A stretch of 64,000 nucleotides of DNA from the NCBI GenBank assembly GCA_964035575.1, contig OZ037837.1:868001-932000 (forward strand), read 5' to 3'. The notes under the pieces were generated by a model. It saw nothing but the letters and a program-made list of their open reading frames with translations, had not been told where the DNA came from and made no database searches. Numbering within the stretch: the first letter of the stretch is position 1; each line of letters starts with the position of its first letter. The position numbers and the translations under genes were made by a program. Positions 1 through 11,668 of the stretch are shown piece after piece. The DNA comes from Rhynchopus sp. YZ270_cl-10. Its lineage: Eukaryota.

Positions 1-806
1 GGCGCTTTTCTTTCAACTACTCCCGAGGGGCAAAGCTCCCCTTTCGAGTTGCGCGGAAATGTGTGAAGATGTGTGAAGATGTGTCATCAGTAAAACAACA
101 CAAAACACAAAGCTTTGCGAGACGAACCTGAGCCTCACATGATAATCACCTGAAAAGGAGAGGGGATGCCTCTTGGGGTGTGTGCTTTTTTATTTGAGAT
201 CGGTTTTCTTGCATCGACAATGACCCACCAAAGAGGTGGGATTATTCATTTTTTGGGGGAGTTGTTTTTAGCATCCACGACTGCCCAGGGAAAGGCACAA
301 TGGTTAATTGGGTACAGTGCTAGCTTCCCCAAAGAGACGTGTAGCGGGTGGTATGCAGTACTCAAAATGTATTTGGCATCCAACAAAAGTCCACAAAATT
401 AGTACAAAAATACCCAAATTGGTATAACTTGAAAGGGGTGATTCACTTCTTGCCCACTTTTTGCGCCCCCATTCAGCCACACCACAAATCTGCTTTATTT
501 GGACGCAGGTATTTGGACCCTGTACCTGAAAACCAGGAAATGGGGTGACAAAAAGAAGAAAAAGATAGAATTGAGTGTTGCGAAAAGTTAATGAGACAAA
601 ACTAAGCCTATTGTGCTTAGTCACACGTACCTTTTTCATTAAAGGACAGCCATACATGGGGGCACAGACAGCACACCTTCCCCAGGGTGTGGCAGGGTCC
701 TTTGCTGAAAGCGCGGGACTCTGGCCTCACTTTTCTTTGCTAATCCCAGAACTAGACATGCACGTACACAAACACCCCTCCCCTCCCCTCCCCTCTGCAC
801 CCCTCA
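1..806. repeat. Upstream/intergenic part of the tandem B-box-LRR gene unit (paralogous to about 10051-11040 and 16700-18215)
   Basis: Long near-identical stretches (e.g. GATGTGTCATCAG..AAACAACACAAAACACAAAGCTTTGC and GGACAGCCATACATGGGG) recur upstream of both LRR genes. This implies another paralogue to the left of the window. Confidence 0.85.
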
Positions 807-1033
807 CACGGTGGCTTGGTCAGGTGACTGACCAGGCTTTTAGCCTGGTCAAAATGACCAGGTCCCCCCTTGGTCATGACCAAGCCCCCCCTTGGTCATG
901 ACCGAGGGGGGGGCCTGGTCATGACCAAGGGGGGGCTTGGTCAGACCAGGCCCCCCCTTGGTCATGACGGGTAAAAATGCACGGTGGGGGGTTTGAAAAC
1001 CCTGCAAAAAACACAAAATAAGAGCACAAAGCA

Positions 1034-1218
1034 TGTATACTGTGTATACTGTGTATACTGTGTATACTGTGTATACTGTGTATACTGTGTATACTGTGTA
1101 TACTGTGTATACTGTGTATACTGTGTATACTGTGTATACTGTGTATACTGTGTATACTGTGTATACTGTGTATACTGTGTATACTGTGTATACTGTGTAT
1201 ACTGTGAATACTGTGAAC
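1034..1218. repeat. (TATACTGTG)n 9-mer array, ~20 units, inside the left TIR
   Basis: Read directly; it is the inverted partner of 6098-6289. Confidence 0.97.
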
Positions 1219-1641
1219 ACAGGTACACAGGTACCCACGCAGTGGCACATGACTTCAAGTGTGAGTGACTCACACTTGAATTGAGGGAATGTGACACGCA
1301 AAAATATCGGGTCTTTTGTTTGTGCGCTCAAAGCCGGGCCGTATTTACAACAAGTAACTAAGAGTGGACATGCCACCCCACGTGGACAAGTCACTGAGCG
1401 TTACAACAATTCACTAAGCGTGGACACGCCACCTCCTCTCAACGAGGTTGACATGAAGGCCTTCAACAAACCCTCAGCTTGTAGTGGTGAGACTTCTCCC
1501 AACGTCAAGCTGTAACAAGCGCATAGTGCTCTGAAGCGAGAAGATGCCTACTGCCATCGTTTTTGAACCTGCAAAAACTTGGTTATCCATGTTGTTTGTG
1601 CGCTCCAAGCCGGAAAACAATAAGGTGAAAAAATGTGTTAA

Positions 1642-3010
1642 CCCTTTAGACCCCAGATACCCATATATGGGTAGCAGAATGGCGCCATACAATTAGGAAT
1701 ATTCTACTCAAAATGGGAAAAACATTTTTTACATTTTGAAAGATTTTGCGCCGATCTTTCAAAAGAAGCAAGAATCGAAAAGTTTTGTGCATCTAATATT
1801 TTTTTGGATGCTGGGGGGAAAGCGGAGCTGCCACGGAAAATCATGTTTTTTGACCAACACCCCCTGAAATAACCCTCCTAATACCACTAGGCTATTACTG
1901 GGGTTCTACTCAGTTTCAGAAAAACATTTTTTTATATTTTGAAAGATTTTTCACCGATCTTTCAAAATACGCCATCTAAGAACACTTTTATGCATCTGAG
2001 TTTTCCTTGGATGCCGGGGAGCGTGGAAAAGTACGAAAAAAGGGTCACTTTTCAGAGTCTCCATGTCATCAAAAAATTTCTACTCGTTTTCGTGAAAACA
2101 CTTTTTTTGTGTGGAAAGATTTCGTTCACATCTTTCAAAATACGCAAAAATCGAAAACTTTTATGCATCTGTGATTTCCTCGGATTTTGGTGAGATTTTA
2201 CCACCAAAATCACGGGGTGTACGTTGCTAAGGTCGTAAGGCTAGTAGGGTTGATAAGTAGGGTTCTACTCATTTTCGTGAAAAGATTTTTACATATTTGG
2301 AAAGATTTGATGTCAAATCTGTCAAAAGAAGCAAGAATCGAAAACTTTTGTGCATCTGAGTGCACTTTGGAAGTTCGTGAGGACTGCCACCAAAATCACT
2401 GTTTTTCTGACTATCCTTTGCCTTATTCCCACCCAAAACACACTAGAAGCCGGGTTTTCACTATTTTTTCGTATTTTAGGGTGATTTTTTTGTGAATTTT
2501 CGGCTCACAGGGTCGTTCTGACCCATTCTGGGGGTGTTTCGGGCCTGTAGATGCCAAAAAACGTGAAAAAATCGCCTTTTTTCGTTGTGTAGTGGTGTTT
2601 CAGTGTAAATCGTTAGGGAAATCGATTTTTAGACATGCTGCTAACAGAGCTACACTCATCTAAGTTGGGTTCTACTAGGACTTTTTGCTCGATTTTTTTT
2701 TCTTTGAAAAGATTTTGTGGCGAATCTTTCAAATAACGCCATTTTCGGACAGCAATAATTTACGGGTATTCCCTCGCTCTGCTGGACGAGTAAAAAACCG
2801 AAAGGCGGATTTTATGCTTACCTCATTTTGAGGGGAATATTTTTTTTCAAAAAAAAACTTAAAAAAATGGAATTGGAAGCTGTTTTCAAAATCTTTCAAT
2901 TGCGGCCAGGTACGATCAAAAATTTGCATCGGGGGTCCCTTTACCGGTTGGAGAGCCCAAAAAACCAAAACTCAAAAGTGGGTCGAAAAAACGGCTTGGG
3001 GTCTAAAGGG
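1642..3010. mobile_element. piggyBac-like non-autonomous element
   Basis: TTAA-CCCTTTAGACCCCA ... TGGGGTCTAAAGGG-TTAA (14-bp TIR, TTAA TSD). Internal degenerate repeats contain GAATCGAAAA.TTTTGTGCATCT. A diverged empty homologue lies at ~59010-59050. Confidence 0.9.
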
Positions 3011-3046
3011 TTAAACTGAAGTACGGTTGTTCTGGTTAATTGAGTA

Positions 3047-3691
3047 CCGGCTGCGTACATATTACGTCGCGTATTTATTACGGGGGGTACTGATTACGTC
3101 GCGTACTAATTAAGTCGCTTTTTAGGGGGCCTTGGGCCCCCAAAAAGCGACGTAATTAGTACACACCGTGAAAAAAAGTGGGGATAATCATGTTGGAACA
3201 CAGCTGGTGTGGGCACATCACTGGGGGGATACCACCAAACCCACACAATCTCGAAGGCCATCGCAGATCGTGTGAACGAGGAGGAGAGCAAACCCAACAC
3301 GCGGCGCGTGTAGACGACACAGGGTAAGGTGGAAGAAATCGGTGAGAACTCTGCCACAGTGCGTCTAGCACCTCCGTATGCGCAAGAGGAGTGGGAAGTG
3401 CCAATGGGGTTCCTCAAATCCGCAATTTGAGCTTTTCATTCATATTTCAACAAACATTAAAAAAACGTTTGCATGTTGCAATCTCTGCCCAATGTAACCT
3501 TGTAAAGGGCCGAGGGACAACACGCCAACACCAAGAGAAATCCCAGAAACCCTTCCCACTCACCTTGTACGTAGATTTTGTTTTCTTCCAAAAATTAATT
3601 ACGTCGCACACTTATTACGTCGCGTACTAATTAAGTCGGCATTTGCCCTAACCGACTTAATTAGTACGCGACGTAATATGTACGCGGCCGG
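3047..3691. mobile_element. Tc1/mariner-type MITE (TA TSD)
   Basis: TA-CCGGCTGCGTACATATTACGTCGCGTA ... TACGCGACGTAATATGTACGCGGCCGG-TA. The empty site AATTGAGTACTCAAAG is at ~59061. Confidence 0.92.
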
Positions 3692-5208
3692 TACTCAAAG
3701 AAAACAATCAAGCTTCTGTCTTTTTCAATCCGTTTTGTTTTGCCCTGCAGCGCTGCCTCCAATCTTTTTATAATTGACAACAAGTTGTTTTATCAAAAAG
3801 TACCACCAGGCCCTGTCTTCGTGCACTTTAGGTGCAATGCCGCAGACAGGCCAAACACGCGTTGGACTCAGGAATGCCCGCTGTGCAGGTATCAAACATG
3901 AGAACCGACTCCCAGCAACAGGGGGCGCCTTTTGGCGGGCATTGTTGAGGGTGTTTGGGGTGCAAAGTTTTCCACAATTTTGATGCGCGGGTACAGAAGT
4001 GTTCTCTTGTTCTTTCATCTCTAGGAATTTAAATGTTCAATCGCGTTTAACTACCACTAGGGCTTGTTCAGTGAACCCACGAGGGGTCGAAGGGGTTGGT
4101 TATCCCATATCTATCAAAGGTTGTGTCGACCAGGCGAATCCACTATGTTACGCTGTATGATGATAGATCCGAAGAAATCGACAGTGCATAGCAACTGCAG
4201 GAAGTTTATTAAAAAAGAGTGCCTCGCGCTACACAAACCACCCGCGATTGACTTAGATGTTATAACAAAGAGAATTCAGAGCAAAACAACACCCTGTCCC
4301 ATACACACTAAATTGTCATGCTTCAAGAGCATGCCTGGGCCAAAATTACTGTGACAAAAAAGGCAACAAGACCACCCACAAGGAGTGTGAATTGTGCACT
4401 GGTTTCGAATTTCTTGCACTAGCTATGCTCCCTGAGTTAATGGCTATAGTAGTGACTGACTTTAACCCCCGTTGTTGTCCGCAAACGACGTGTTTCCGCT
4501 ACGACGTGTTCATTTCACGCGTGAAATACTTTGTCGGTTACATGACCGCAAAATCGCGCGAAGTAAATGGGTTATTCTATGTATGCCACACTCACTGCGC
4601 TCGTGAAACAACATTAATTACCAACTCGTTTTGGCAAGCAAAACTCGTAAAATAGTTTTTGTAGCGAAAGTACACTGCGGACTGCATGACAGGTAGAACC
4701 CAAAATATCTGATATTTTCCTTGAATTCTTGGCATAGCTGATGACCTCCCCAGCCCGATTTTGGCTTTATTATTTCCTGTCTGGACATGTTGCGACATAG
4801 TTTCGCCATGTGTCTTCGGTTTCAAAAACTTCCCAGCAAAGTTTGCAACGGTGCTTCTCTTTAAAGAAACTGGGATGGTGTTGCATGTGCTGTGTCGTTC
4901 CGTTTTTTACCATTACCCCACACACTCCTCCTCTCCGACTACATCTAATTCGTCGTCTGTTTGGTGCTCTCACCATGAGGGGTTAATGAAAATCAGGTCA
5001 AAAAAATGGTCGTTCTCTCTATATTTTGCGGGGGAGCGGGCATTTATTTATTTACCTACTCCCCCCCGTGCATAAGTCCGATGACCCTATAAGTCCGGGC
5101 AGATTTGGGCTCAGGATCAGACTTATACTTAGACAGCTCCCATTTAGACTTATACACTGCATGGGTCTGGGTACCTGGGTGCACAACCGAACGGCCGTGA
5201 GACACGTA

Positions 5209-5405
5209 ACACAGTATACACAGTATACACAGTATACACAGTATACACAGTATACACAGTATACACAGTATACACAGTATACACAGTATACACAGTATAC
5301 ACAGTATACACAGTATACACAGTATACACAGTATACACAGTATACACAGTATACACAGTATACACAGTATACACAGTATACACAGTATACACAGTATACA
5401 CAGTA
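5209..5405. repeat. (CAGTATACA)n 9-mer array
   Basis: Read directly; it resumes at 6098 after a MITE inserted at a TA. Confidence 0.97.
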
Positions 5406-6097
5406 CCTACCCCCCCCCCCGTGCATAAGTCTGCGTATAAGTCCGATTTTTGAGGGGGCTGAGGGCCTCCGGACTTATACACGGGGTTTCGGACTTATGC
5501 ACGGGTATCGGACTTATACACCGGTTTTGTGCACCCAGGTACCCAGACCCATGCAGTCTCACATGACCTCAGTGTGAGTGACCCACATGTGACACCGCAA
5601 AATTTACCCTGTCTTCGTGCACCTTCGGTACAACGCCGCAAGCAGGCCAAACAGCGTTGGACTCGAGGAATGCCTGCTGTGCAGGTATCAAACATGAGAA
5701 CCAACTCCCAACAAGGGGCACCTTTTGGCTGTTGAGACTGTTTGGGGTGCAAAGTTTTCCACAATGTTGCAGTAACAGGTTCACATCTTTGAGAATTGTG
5801 TGGATGATGTTTTGACATGAGAAGCGTGAAGATGATCCCTGGTGAATACACCACCAATAAAAATAAAGTTACGCTCGCTTCGCTCGCGGAAAAACACCTC
5901 AATTTTTTTCTCCCGCTCGCTTCGCGAGCGGGAAAACGCCCCAAAAAAATTTCCCCCCACCACCAGCACAAAACCAGTGTATAAGTCGGCCTGTGCATAA
6001 GTCCGATCCTGAGCCCAAATCTTCCCGGACTTATACACGGGTCATCGGACTTATGCACGGGTCATGGGGGTCGGACTTATGCACGGGGGGGGGTAGG
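5406..6097. mobile_element. TA-TSD MITE inserted into the 9-mer array
   Basis: TA-CCTACCCCCCCCCCCGTGCATAAGTC ... GACTTATGCACGGGGGGGGGTAGG-TA, with subterminal ATAAGTCCG repeats. An additional orphan inverted end lies at ~5055-5127. Confidence 0.85.
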
Positions 6098-6289
6098 TAT
6101 ACACAGTATACACAGTATACACAGTATACACAGTATACACAGTATACACAGTATACACAGTATACACAGTATACACAGTTTACACAGTATACACAGTATA
6201 CACAGTATACACAGTATACACAGTATACACAGTATACACAGTATACACAGTATACACAGTATACACAGTATACACAGTATACACAGTAT
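6098..6289. repeat. (TATACACAG)n 9-mer array inside the right TIR
   Basis: Read directly. Confidence 0.97.
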
Positions 6290-7726
6290 GCATGCTTTGT
6301 GCTCTTATTTTGTGTTTTTTGCAGGGTTTTCAAACCCCCCACCGTGCATTTTTACCCGTCATGACCAAGGGGGGGCCTGGTCTGACCAAGCCCCCCCTTG
6401 GTCATGACCAGGCCCCCCTCGGTCATGACCAAGGGGGGGCTTGGTCATGACCAAGCCCCCTTGGTCATGTTTTTAGCTTGGTCAAAGCCTGGTCAGTCAC
6501 CTGACCAAGCCACCGTGCACCAATGAAACGTTAGTCTCCACCCTCATTTATAAAGAAAACAAAGACTGATGCCAAGCCCTAGCCTCATAGAGGCGTCTGT
6601 GCTAGGGTGAAGCGCAAACCAGACTGGGCCAAAGTCTCAACTCCACTCAGTATCACACGACGGGAAAGAAAAGAGGGTCAGTTCTCCACGAATCCGTAGA
6701 GATACAAAACACCTGCTTGAAACCCACAGCAGTGTTCCAAACATCCAAAACTCAAAAATGAAAACCAATTTAGTGGACACACTTCTCATCCTAAGAAAAT
6801 AATTGTCCCTTTTGTCAAAATCTCTTTGTTTTATCTCTTTTGTCTATGTTTACTGCATTGTTTATTCTATTCTTGCACCTTCATTTGGTTTGGTTGTTGT
6901 TCACAACAGACGCACTGTGTGAAAAAACGAGTGTTTCTCTGCGTGTGATATTCTGTGGGGGAGAAAATGCTCGAGAGACTCGTTCCTCTTTGCTTGTTGC
7001 TCAAAAGGCTATAAACGGGGGCGGAAAAATAAAGGTTGCTTGTTGTTCGCTTCCGCAGAGAAAATACTAAAACCTACATTCTTGAACTCTTCTACACGAT
7101 GTGGTTTTCATTGGACGCATCCCTTTCTTAAATGAAAAAACGCGAATTACTTTTTGGCCCCCCTCTATACGTGTTGGTTGAATTGGAGTCGGGGAGCACA
7201 AACAAAGGCAATGAAAGGAAAACAATGAATAAAAGAACAAGATAGGAGAGCCAGTATTTATGTCTGAACTACACACACAATTCCAATCATTCGAACCGAA
7301 GACGCCCAAACATTTCGGTTTGTATTATTTCCTTACAACCGTACGCGTACCGCTTCGTCTGTTGTATACAAAAAAAATATTATGAAAAAGCTCGTTCCAT
7401 TCCCACTATCGTTTACGCTACGATCTCACCACGTTTCTACTCCATTCGGTATTCTCTCTTACATAGGACCCACCCTCACCTTCCCTCACCCAAACCCCAA
7501 AGAAATGCTCTGTTGTTCACAACACCCAGCCAACCCTCTCAAATCCTCCCAATTGTTTCGTATGACTCATCCCAACAAACCCCACCTCACTCTGTCACCA
7601 CCTCCCAAAATAATAAAGAAGCACACCTCAGCACAGTGCAGAGCAGCCGTCGTGCAGCTGACCACACAGTGCGAGGGGTGAAAATGCACAACAACAAATG
7701 CCGCAAAGTGAACGCTTTCCTGCTTC

Positions 7727-9532
7727 TCACTGGCGTAAGTGGTGTGGTAGGTTCATGAGCACAGCATTGCTGCACTTGTCCTTTCCATGCAAGGTCTTCA
7801 ATGATGTGCACTCGCCGAGGAAGTGGTGCCCAACGGCCCTGACAGCTTGGAATCCACTTAGATCAACTGTGGACAAGGATGTGCACCTCAAGAGGAAGAA
7901 GCTCCCAATCGAGGTGACAGCTTGTAACCCACTCAAGTCAACCGCGGACAAGGATGTGCACCCGGTGAGAAACTGGTTCCCAATCGAGGTGACAGCTTGC
8001 AATCCACTGAAGTCAACCGTCGACAATGATGTGCACCCTTGGAGGAACATGCCCCCCATCCTGGTGACAGCTTGCAATCCACTCAGATCAAGTGTCGACA
8101 ATGATGTGCACCCCAAGAGGAAGTGGCTCCCAATCGAGGTGACACCTTGTAATCCACTCAAGTCAATTGTGGACAATGATGTGCACTCGTAGAGGAACAT
8201 GTCACCAATCGTGGTGACGGCTTGCAATCCACTCAGGTCGACGTTAGTCAAAGCTGTGCAGTCACGAAGGAACTCGTTCCCAATAACAGTCACAGCAGAC
8301 GCATGACTGAGATCAATGCACGTCACTGCAGTTCCTTTCAAGAAGTTGTATGGAATCGCAGTCGCAACTCCTGCCTGCAGGAGCAAGCAAGCCACCTTCG
8401 GATCAGTCACCTGCTTCAATCTTGCTTCTGTAAGTGTAGTCTCACCCAACGCACGAAGTGCTGCAATGGCATCCTGCTTCCTCCTCTCTGTGTTGACCTG
8501 CGTTACAACAACCCTGTGACCCCTCAGCTGCACCACGTCCTCTCCTTCTGCAATCATTTCATCTCTGAAAGTCATGTCGAAGCCGTCTTCACGCAACCCC
8601 ACTGCAGACGCCACCTTCCGAAGCAAGTCCCTGCCCGTGTCATCCACACTCACCTCAATCTCGTGTTCCACTCCATCCAACCCCTGCACAAGGACAGGCA
8701 CAAAAAGCGCAGACATCTGGGCAAGGGCGTCGTGCACGTTCGAAACAGGCAGATTCAGGGAAAAGGTTGCGTGTGGGTCTGCAGCACCCACAAGGCGGTG
8801 GCGGTCTCCATTCGCTGCCATGCTGTTGATGTTCCACACAACGGCCTGCGACTCTGTGACCGCACGCAGCACCTGGTCGTCCCCAAGCTGGCACACCGCC
8901 TCGCACTCAGCAATCATGTGTCCTGCCTTCGCAACAAACGTCTTCAGCGCACACACCTCCCCTTCACGACTGAGTGCCTGTGTGAGGAAGCTCCGTGCCA
9001 CATCCTCCTCACACACGACTTCGCTGCGCGACACATCCTCACGCATCACGAGGTGCCCGACGTTTGTCTGCAGGAGAAGGTCTTTGTACCTGTCCTCCGT
9101 GGGTGGGAGTTCCTCAAGCACACGGCACTTCTCCTCTGCAGCAGTCCGCTGTGTTGTCAGGTCTGCCACGTGTGAGTGGAGGGTGTCACGCTGGCGTTTC
9201 ATGTAGTCCGTGATGTCAACCGTCTTGTGTCCCGTATGTGTGGCGCACTTGTCACAACGCATGCAGATCAACGCGTCTCCACACGCAGGGTCTTCACAGA
9301 CGAGGCACAGCTCTTGGCCCGGGTGACGGGCACACTTCGACGACGCTCCGAACGAAGTCACAGAAGCGCGATGTGCCTCACGGTCACGTGGCCTTGGGTG
9401 GCAAGCGTCATAACACGCAGGTGTGTCGCAGAAGAACAGCTCCACGCAGATCCCGCACTGCAGCTGTGCAGGCACGCCACAGTTCTCACAGCTCGGCATC
9501 TGTGGTGCGGTGGGCTGCGTGTCAGACCCCAT
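7727..9532 (-). CDS. B-box zinc fingers + coiled coil + ubiquitin-like domain + seven 25-aa BspA-type LRRs (paralogue 1; 5' end uncertain)
   Basis: 601-aa ORF. Motifs CENC..QCGIC..FC..CYDACH and CARHPGQELCLVC..C..C..HTGH, then Ubl-like VLVQGLDGVEHEIEV, then repeats TSLSTVDLSGLQAVTSIGxxFLxxC. Confidence 0.88.
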   Translation of the reverse strand: MGSDTQPTAPQMPSCENCGVPAQLQCGICVELFFCDTPACYDACHPRPRDREAHRASVTSFGASSKCARHPGQELCLVCEDPACGDALICMRCDKCATHTGHKTVDITDYMKRQRDTLHSHVADLTTQRTAAEEKCRVLEELPPTEDRYKDLLLQTNVGHLVMREDVSRSEVVCEEDVARSFLTQALSREGEVCALKTFVAKAGHMIAECEAVCQLGDDQVLRAVTESQAVVWNINSMAANGDRHRLVGAADPHATFSLNLPVSNVHDALAQMSALFVPVLVQGLDGVEHEIEVSVDDTGRDLLRKVASAVGLREDGFDMTFRDEMIAEGEDVVQLRGHRVVVTQVNTERRKQDAIAALRALGETTLTEARLKQVTDPKVACLLLQAGVATAIPYNFLKGTAVTCIDLSHASAVTVIGNEFLRDCTALTNVDLSGLQAVTTIGDMFLYECTSLSTIDLSGLQGVTSIGSHFLLGCTSLSTLDLSGLQAVTRMGGMFLQGCTSLSTVDFSGLQAVTSIGNQFLTGCTSLSAVDLSGLQAVTSIGSFFLLRCTSLSTVDLSGFQAVRAVGHHFLGECTSLKTLHGKDKCSNAVLMNLPHHLRQ

Positions 9533-11668
9533 GTTGTGTGTTTCGAAGAGGTGGGAGGGTGCAGGGGTGTCTGGAAGGGTTGGGTGGGTGGCATGGGATG
9601 GAAACAGAGTGTGCGTTCAAGACTGCAGCACACAGGAAAGGTGAGTGAGGGGCTGGTGATCCTTGTCAAGCTTCTGCACCACTCATCACCACAGAAGTGA
9701 CAGCGTTCTTTGTGCTCCCTCTTCCCTCCCTCCCCCGACTCCTCTTCTTCCTCCACATCGGTTGCCTCCTCCGAAGCATGCACAACCGCTGCTGCGATCC
9801 CACCCCCACCCACTGCCTCTCCCCCTCCTCCCACACACCCCGCTGCCCCTCTACCACTCCCAGGACTCTGGTGCCACTACGGCAAGCCGAGGTGCCAGAC
9901 ATGCACGAAAGTACCACGTGGCTGGGCATGTCCCTGTTCCACCCCAACATCACCACAACGACGGACGGGAAGCGGCAATGCGCCTCTGCACCACAACACA
10001 ACCCACAGCTCCCAACCTCGTCCCCAAGACAAAGCATTTCATCACTTTTCGGCGCTTTTCTTTCAACTGGGCGGGCAAAGCTCCCCTTTCTAGTTGTGCG
10101 GAAATGTGTGAAGATGTGTGAAGATGTGTCATCAGGAAAACAACACAAAACACAAAGCTTTGCAAGACGAACGCATGATAATCACCTGAAAAGGAGAGGG
10201 GATGCCTCTTGGGGTGTGTGCTTTTTTATTTGAGATCGGTTTTCTTGCATCGACAATGACCCACAAAAGAGGGGCTTATTCATTTTTTGGGGGGTTGTTT
10301 TTACCATCCACGACTGCCCAGGGAAAGGCACAATGGTTAATTGGGTACAGTGCTAGCTTCCTCAAAGAGACGTGTAGCGGGTGGTATGCAGTACTCAAAA
10401 TGTATTTGGCATCCAACAAAAGTCCACAAAATTAGTACAAAAATACCCAAATTGGTATAACTGAAAAGGGGTGATTCACTTCTTCCCCACTTTTGGCACC
10501 CCCCATTCAGCCACACCAAAATCTGCTTTATTTGGACGCAGGTATTTGGACCCTGTACCTGAAAATTTGTCACAAGTGTCATGTCCCCGAAAACAAAAAG
10601 AAGACGTCAATACAAACAGAAAAGCGGCACACGGTCTTCGTCTGCACACCCAGACCCACACAACGCACGCTCTTACTTGTTGCCTTTACGTATTTACAGA
10701 CCTGCACGAACAACTATGGGGCTCATTGACACACTTGATCCCATTGACACACTCCAACAACTTCACATCGCAGGAAATGGGGTGACAAAAAGAAGAAAAA
10801 ATAGAAATGAGGGTCGCGAAAAGTAGAGAAGACAACACTAAGCCTACTCTGCTTAGTCACACATATCTTTTTCATTAAAGGACAGCCATACATGGGGGCA
10901 CCGACAGCACACCTTCCCCAGGGTGTGGCAGGGTCCCTCGCTCATAGCGCTGGACTCTGGCCTCACTTTTCTTTGCTATTCCCAGAACTAGACACACAAA
11001 CACCCCTCCCCTCCCCTACCCTCCCCTCTGCACCCCTCAGCAATGAAACGTTAGTCTCCACCCTCATTTATAAAGAAAACAAAGACTGATGCCAAGCCCT
11101 AGCCTCATAGAGGCGTCTGTGCTAGGGTGAAGCGCAAACCAGACTGGGCCAAAGTCTCAACTCCACTCAGTATCACACGACGGGAAAGAAAAGAGGGTCA
11201 GTTCTCCACGAATCCGTAGAGATGCAAAACACCTGCTTGAAACCCACAGCAGTGTTCCAAACATACAATTCACTTGTTTTGGTTGTTGTTCACAACAGAC
11301 GCGCTGTGTGAAAAAACCAGTGTTTCTCTGCGTGTGATGTTCTGTGGGGTAGAAAATAATAAAACCTACATTCTTGAACTCTTCTACACGATGTGATTTT
11401 CATTGGACGCATCCCTTTCTTAAATGAAAAACGCGAATAACTTTTTGGCCCCCCTCTATAAGTGTTGATTGAATTGGAGTCGGGGAGCACAAGCAAAGGT
11501 AATGAAAGGAAAACAATGAGTAAAAGAACAAGATAGGAGAGCCAGTATTTATGTCTGAACTACACACACAATACCAATCATGCGAACCGAAGACGCCCAA
11601 ACATTTCGGTTTGTATTATTTCCTTGCAACCGCACGCGTACCACTTCGTCTGTTGTATACAAAAAAAG

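Larger units (their letters stand above)
807..6517. mobile_element. Non-autonomous TIR element with CACGG termini, ~400-bp TIRs and 2-bp TSD (CMC/EnSpm-like), carrying nested inserts
   Basis: CACGGTGGCTTGGTCAGGTGACTGACCAGGCTTT at 807 has its reverse complement ending at 6517. The TIRs contain TGGTCATGACCA palindromes and 9-mer arrays. CA is duplicated at 805-806 and 6518-6519. The empty site CCCCTCAGCAATGAAACG is at ~11033 in the paralogous unit. Confidence 0.9.

Noticed and set aside
849..1394. YTV/HSI/TQY repeat ORFs (also 5026-6364 and PRYPGTQV at 52044-52613)
   Set aside because: Translations of the 9-mer and 8-mer arrays.
4770..4976. Zinc-finger-like short ORF (HRCKLCWEVFET)
   Set aside because: Too short and degenerate to call; at most a captured relic inside the CACGG element.
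6575..6615. Conserved hairpin CCCTAGC..GCTAGGG (also ~11097) as an ncRNA
   Set aside because: Conservation is explained by recent tandem duplication, and no recognisable tRNA, snoRNA or SL motifs were seen.
8222..9206. Long plus-strand ORFs over the LRR genes (also 14977-16069)
   Set aside because: Antisense shadows of GC-rich coding sequence with no motifs.
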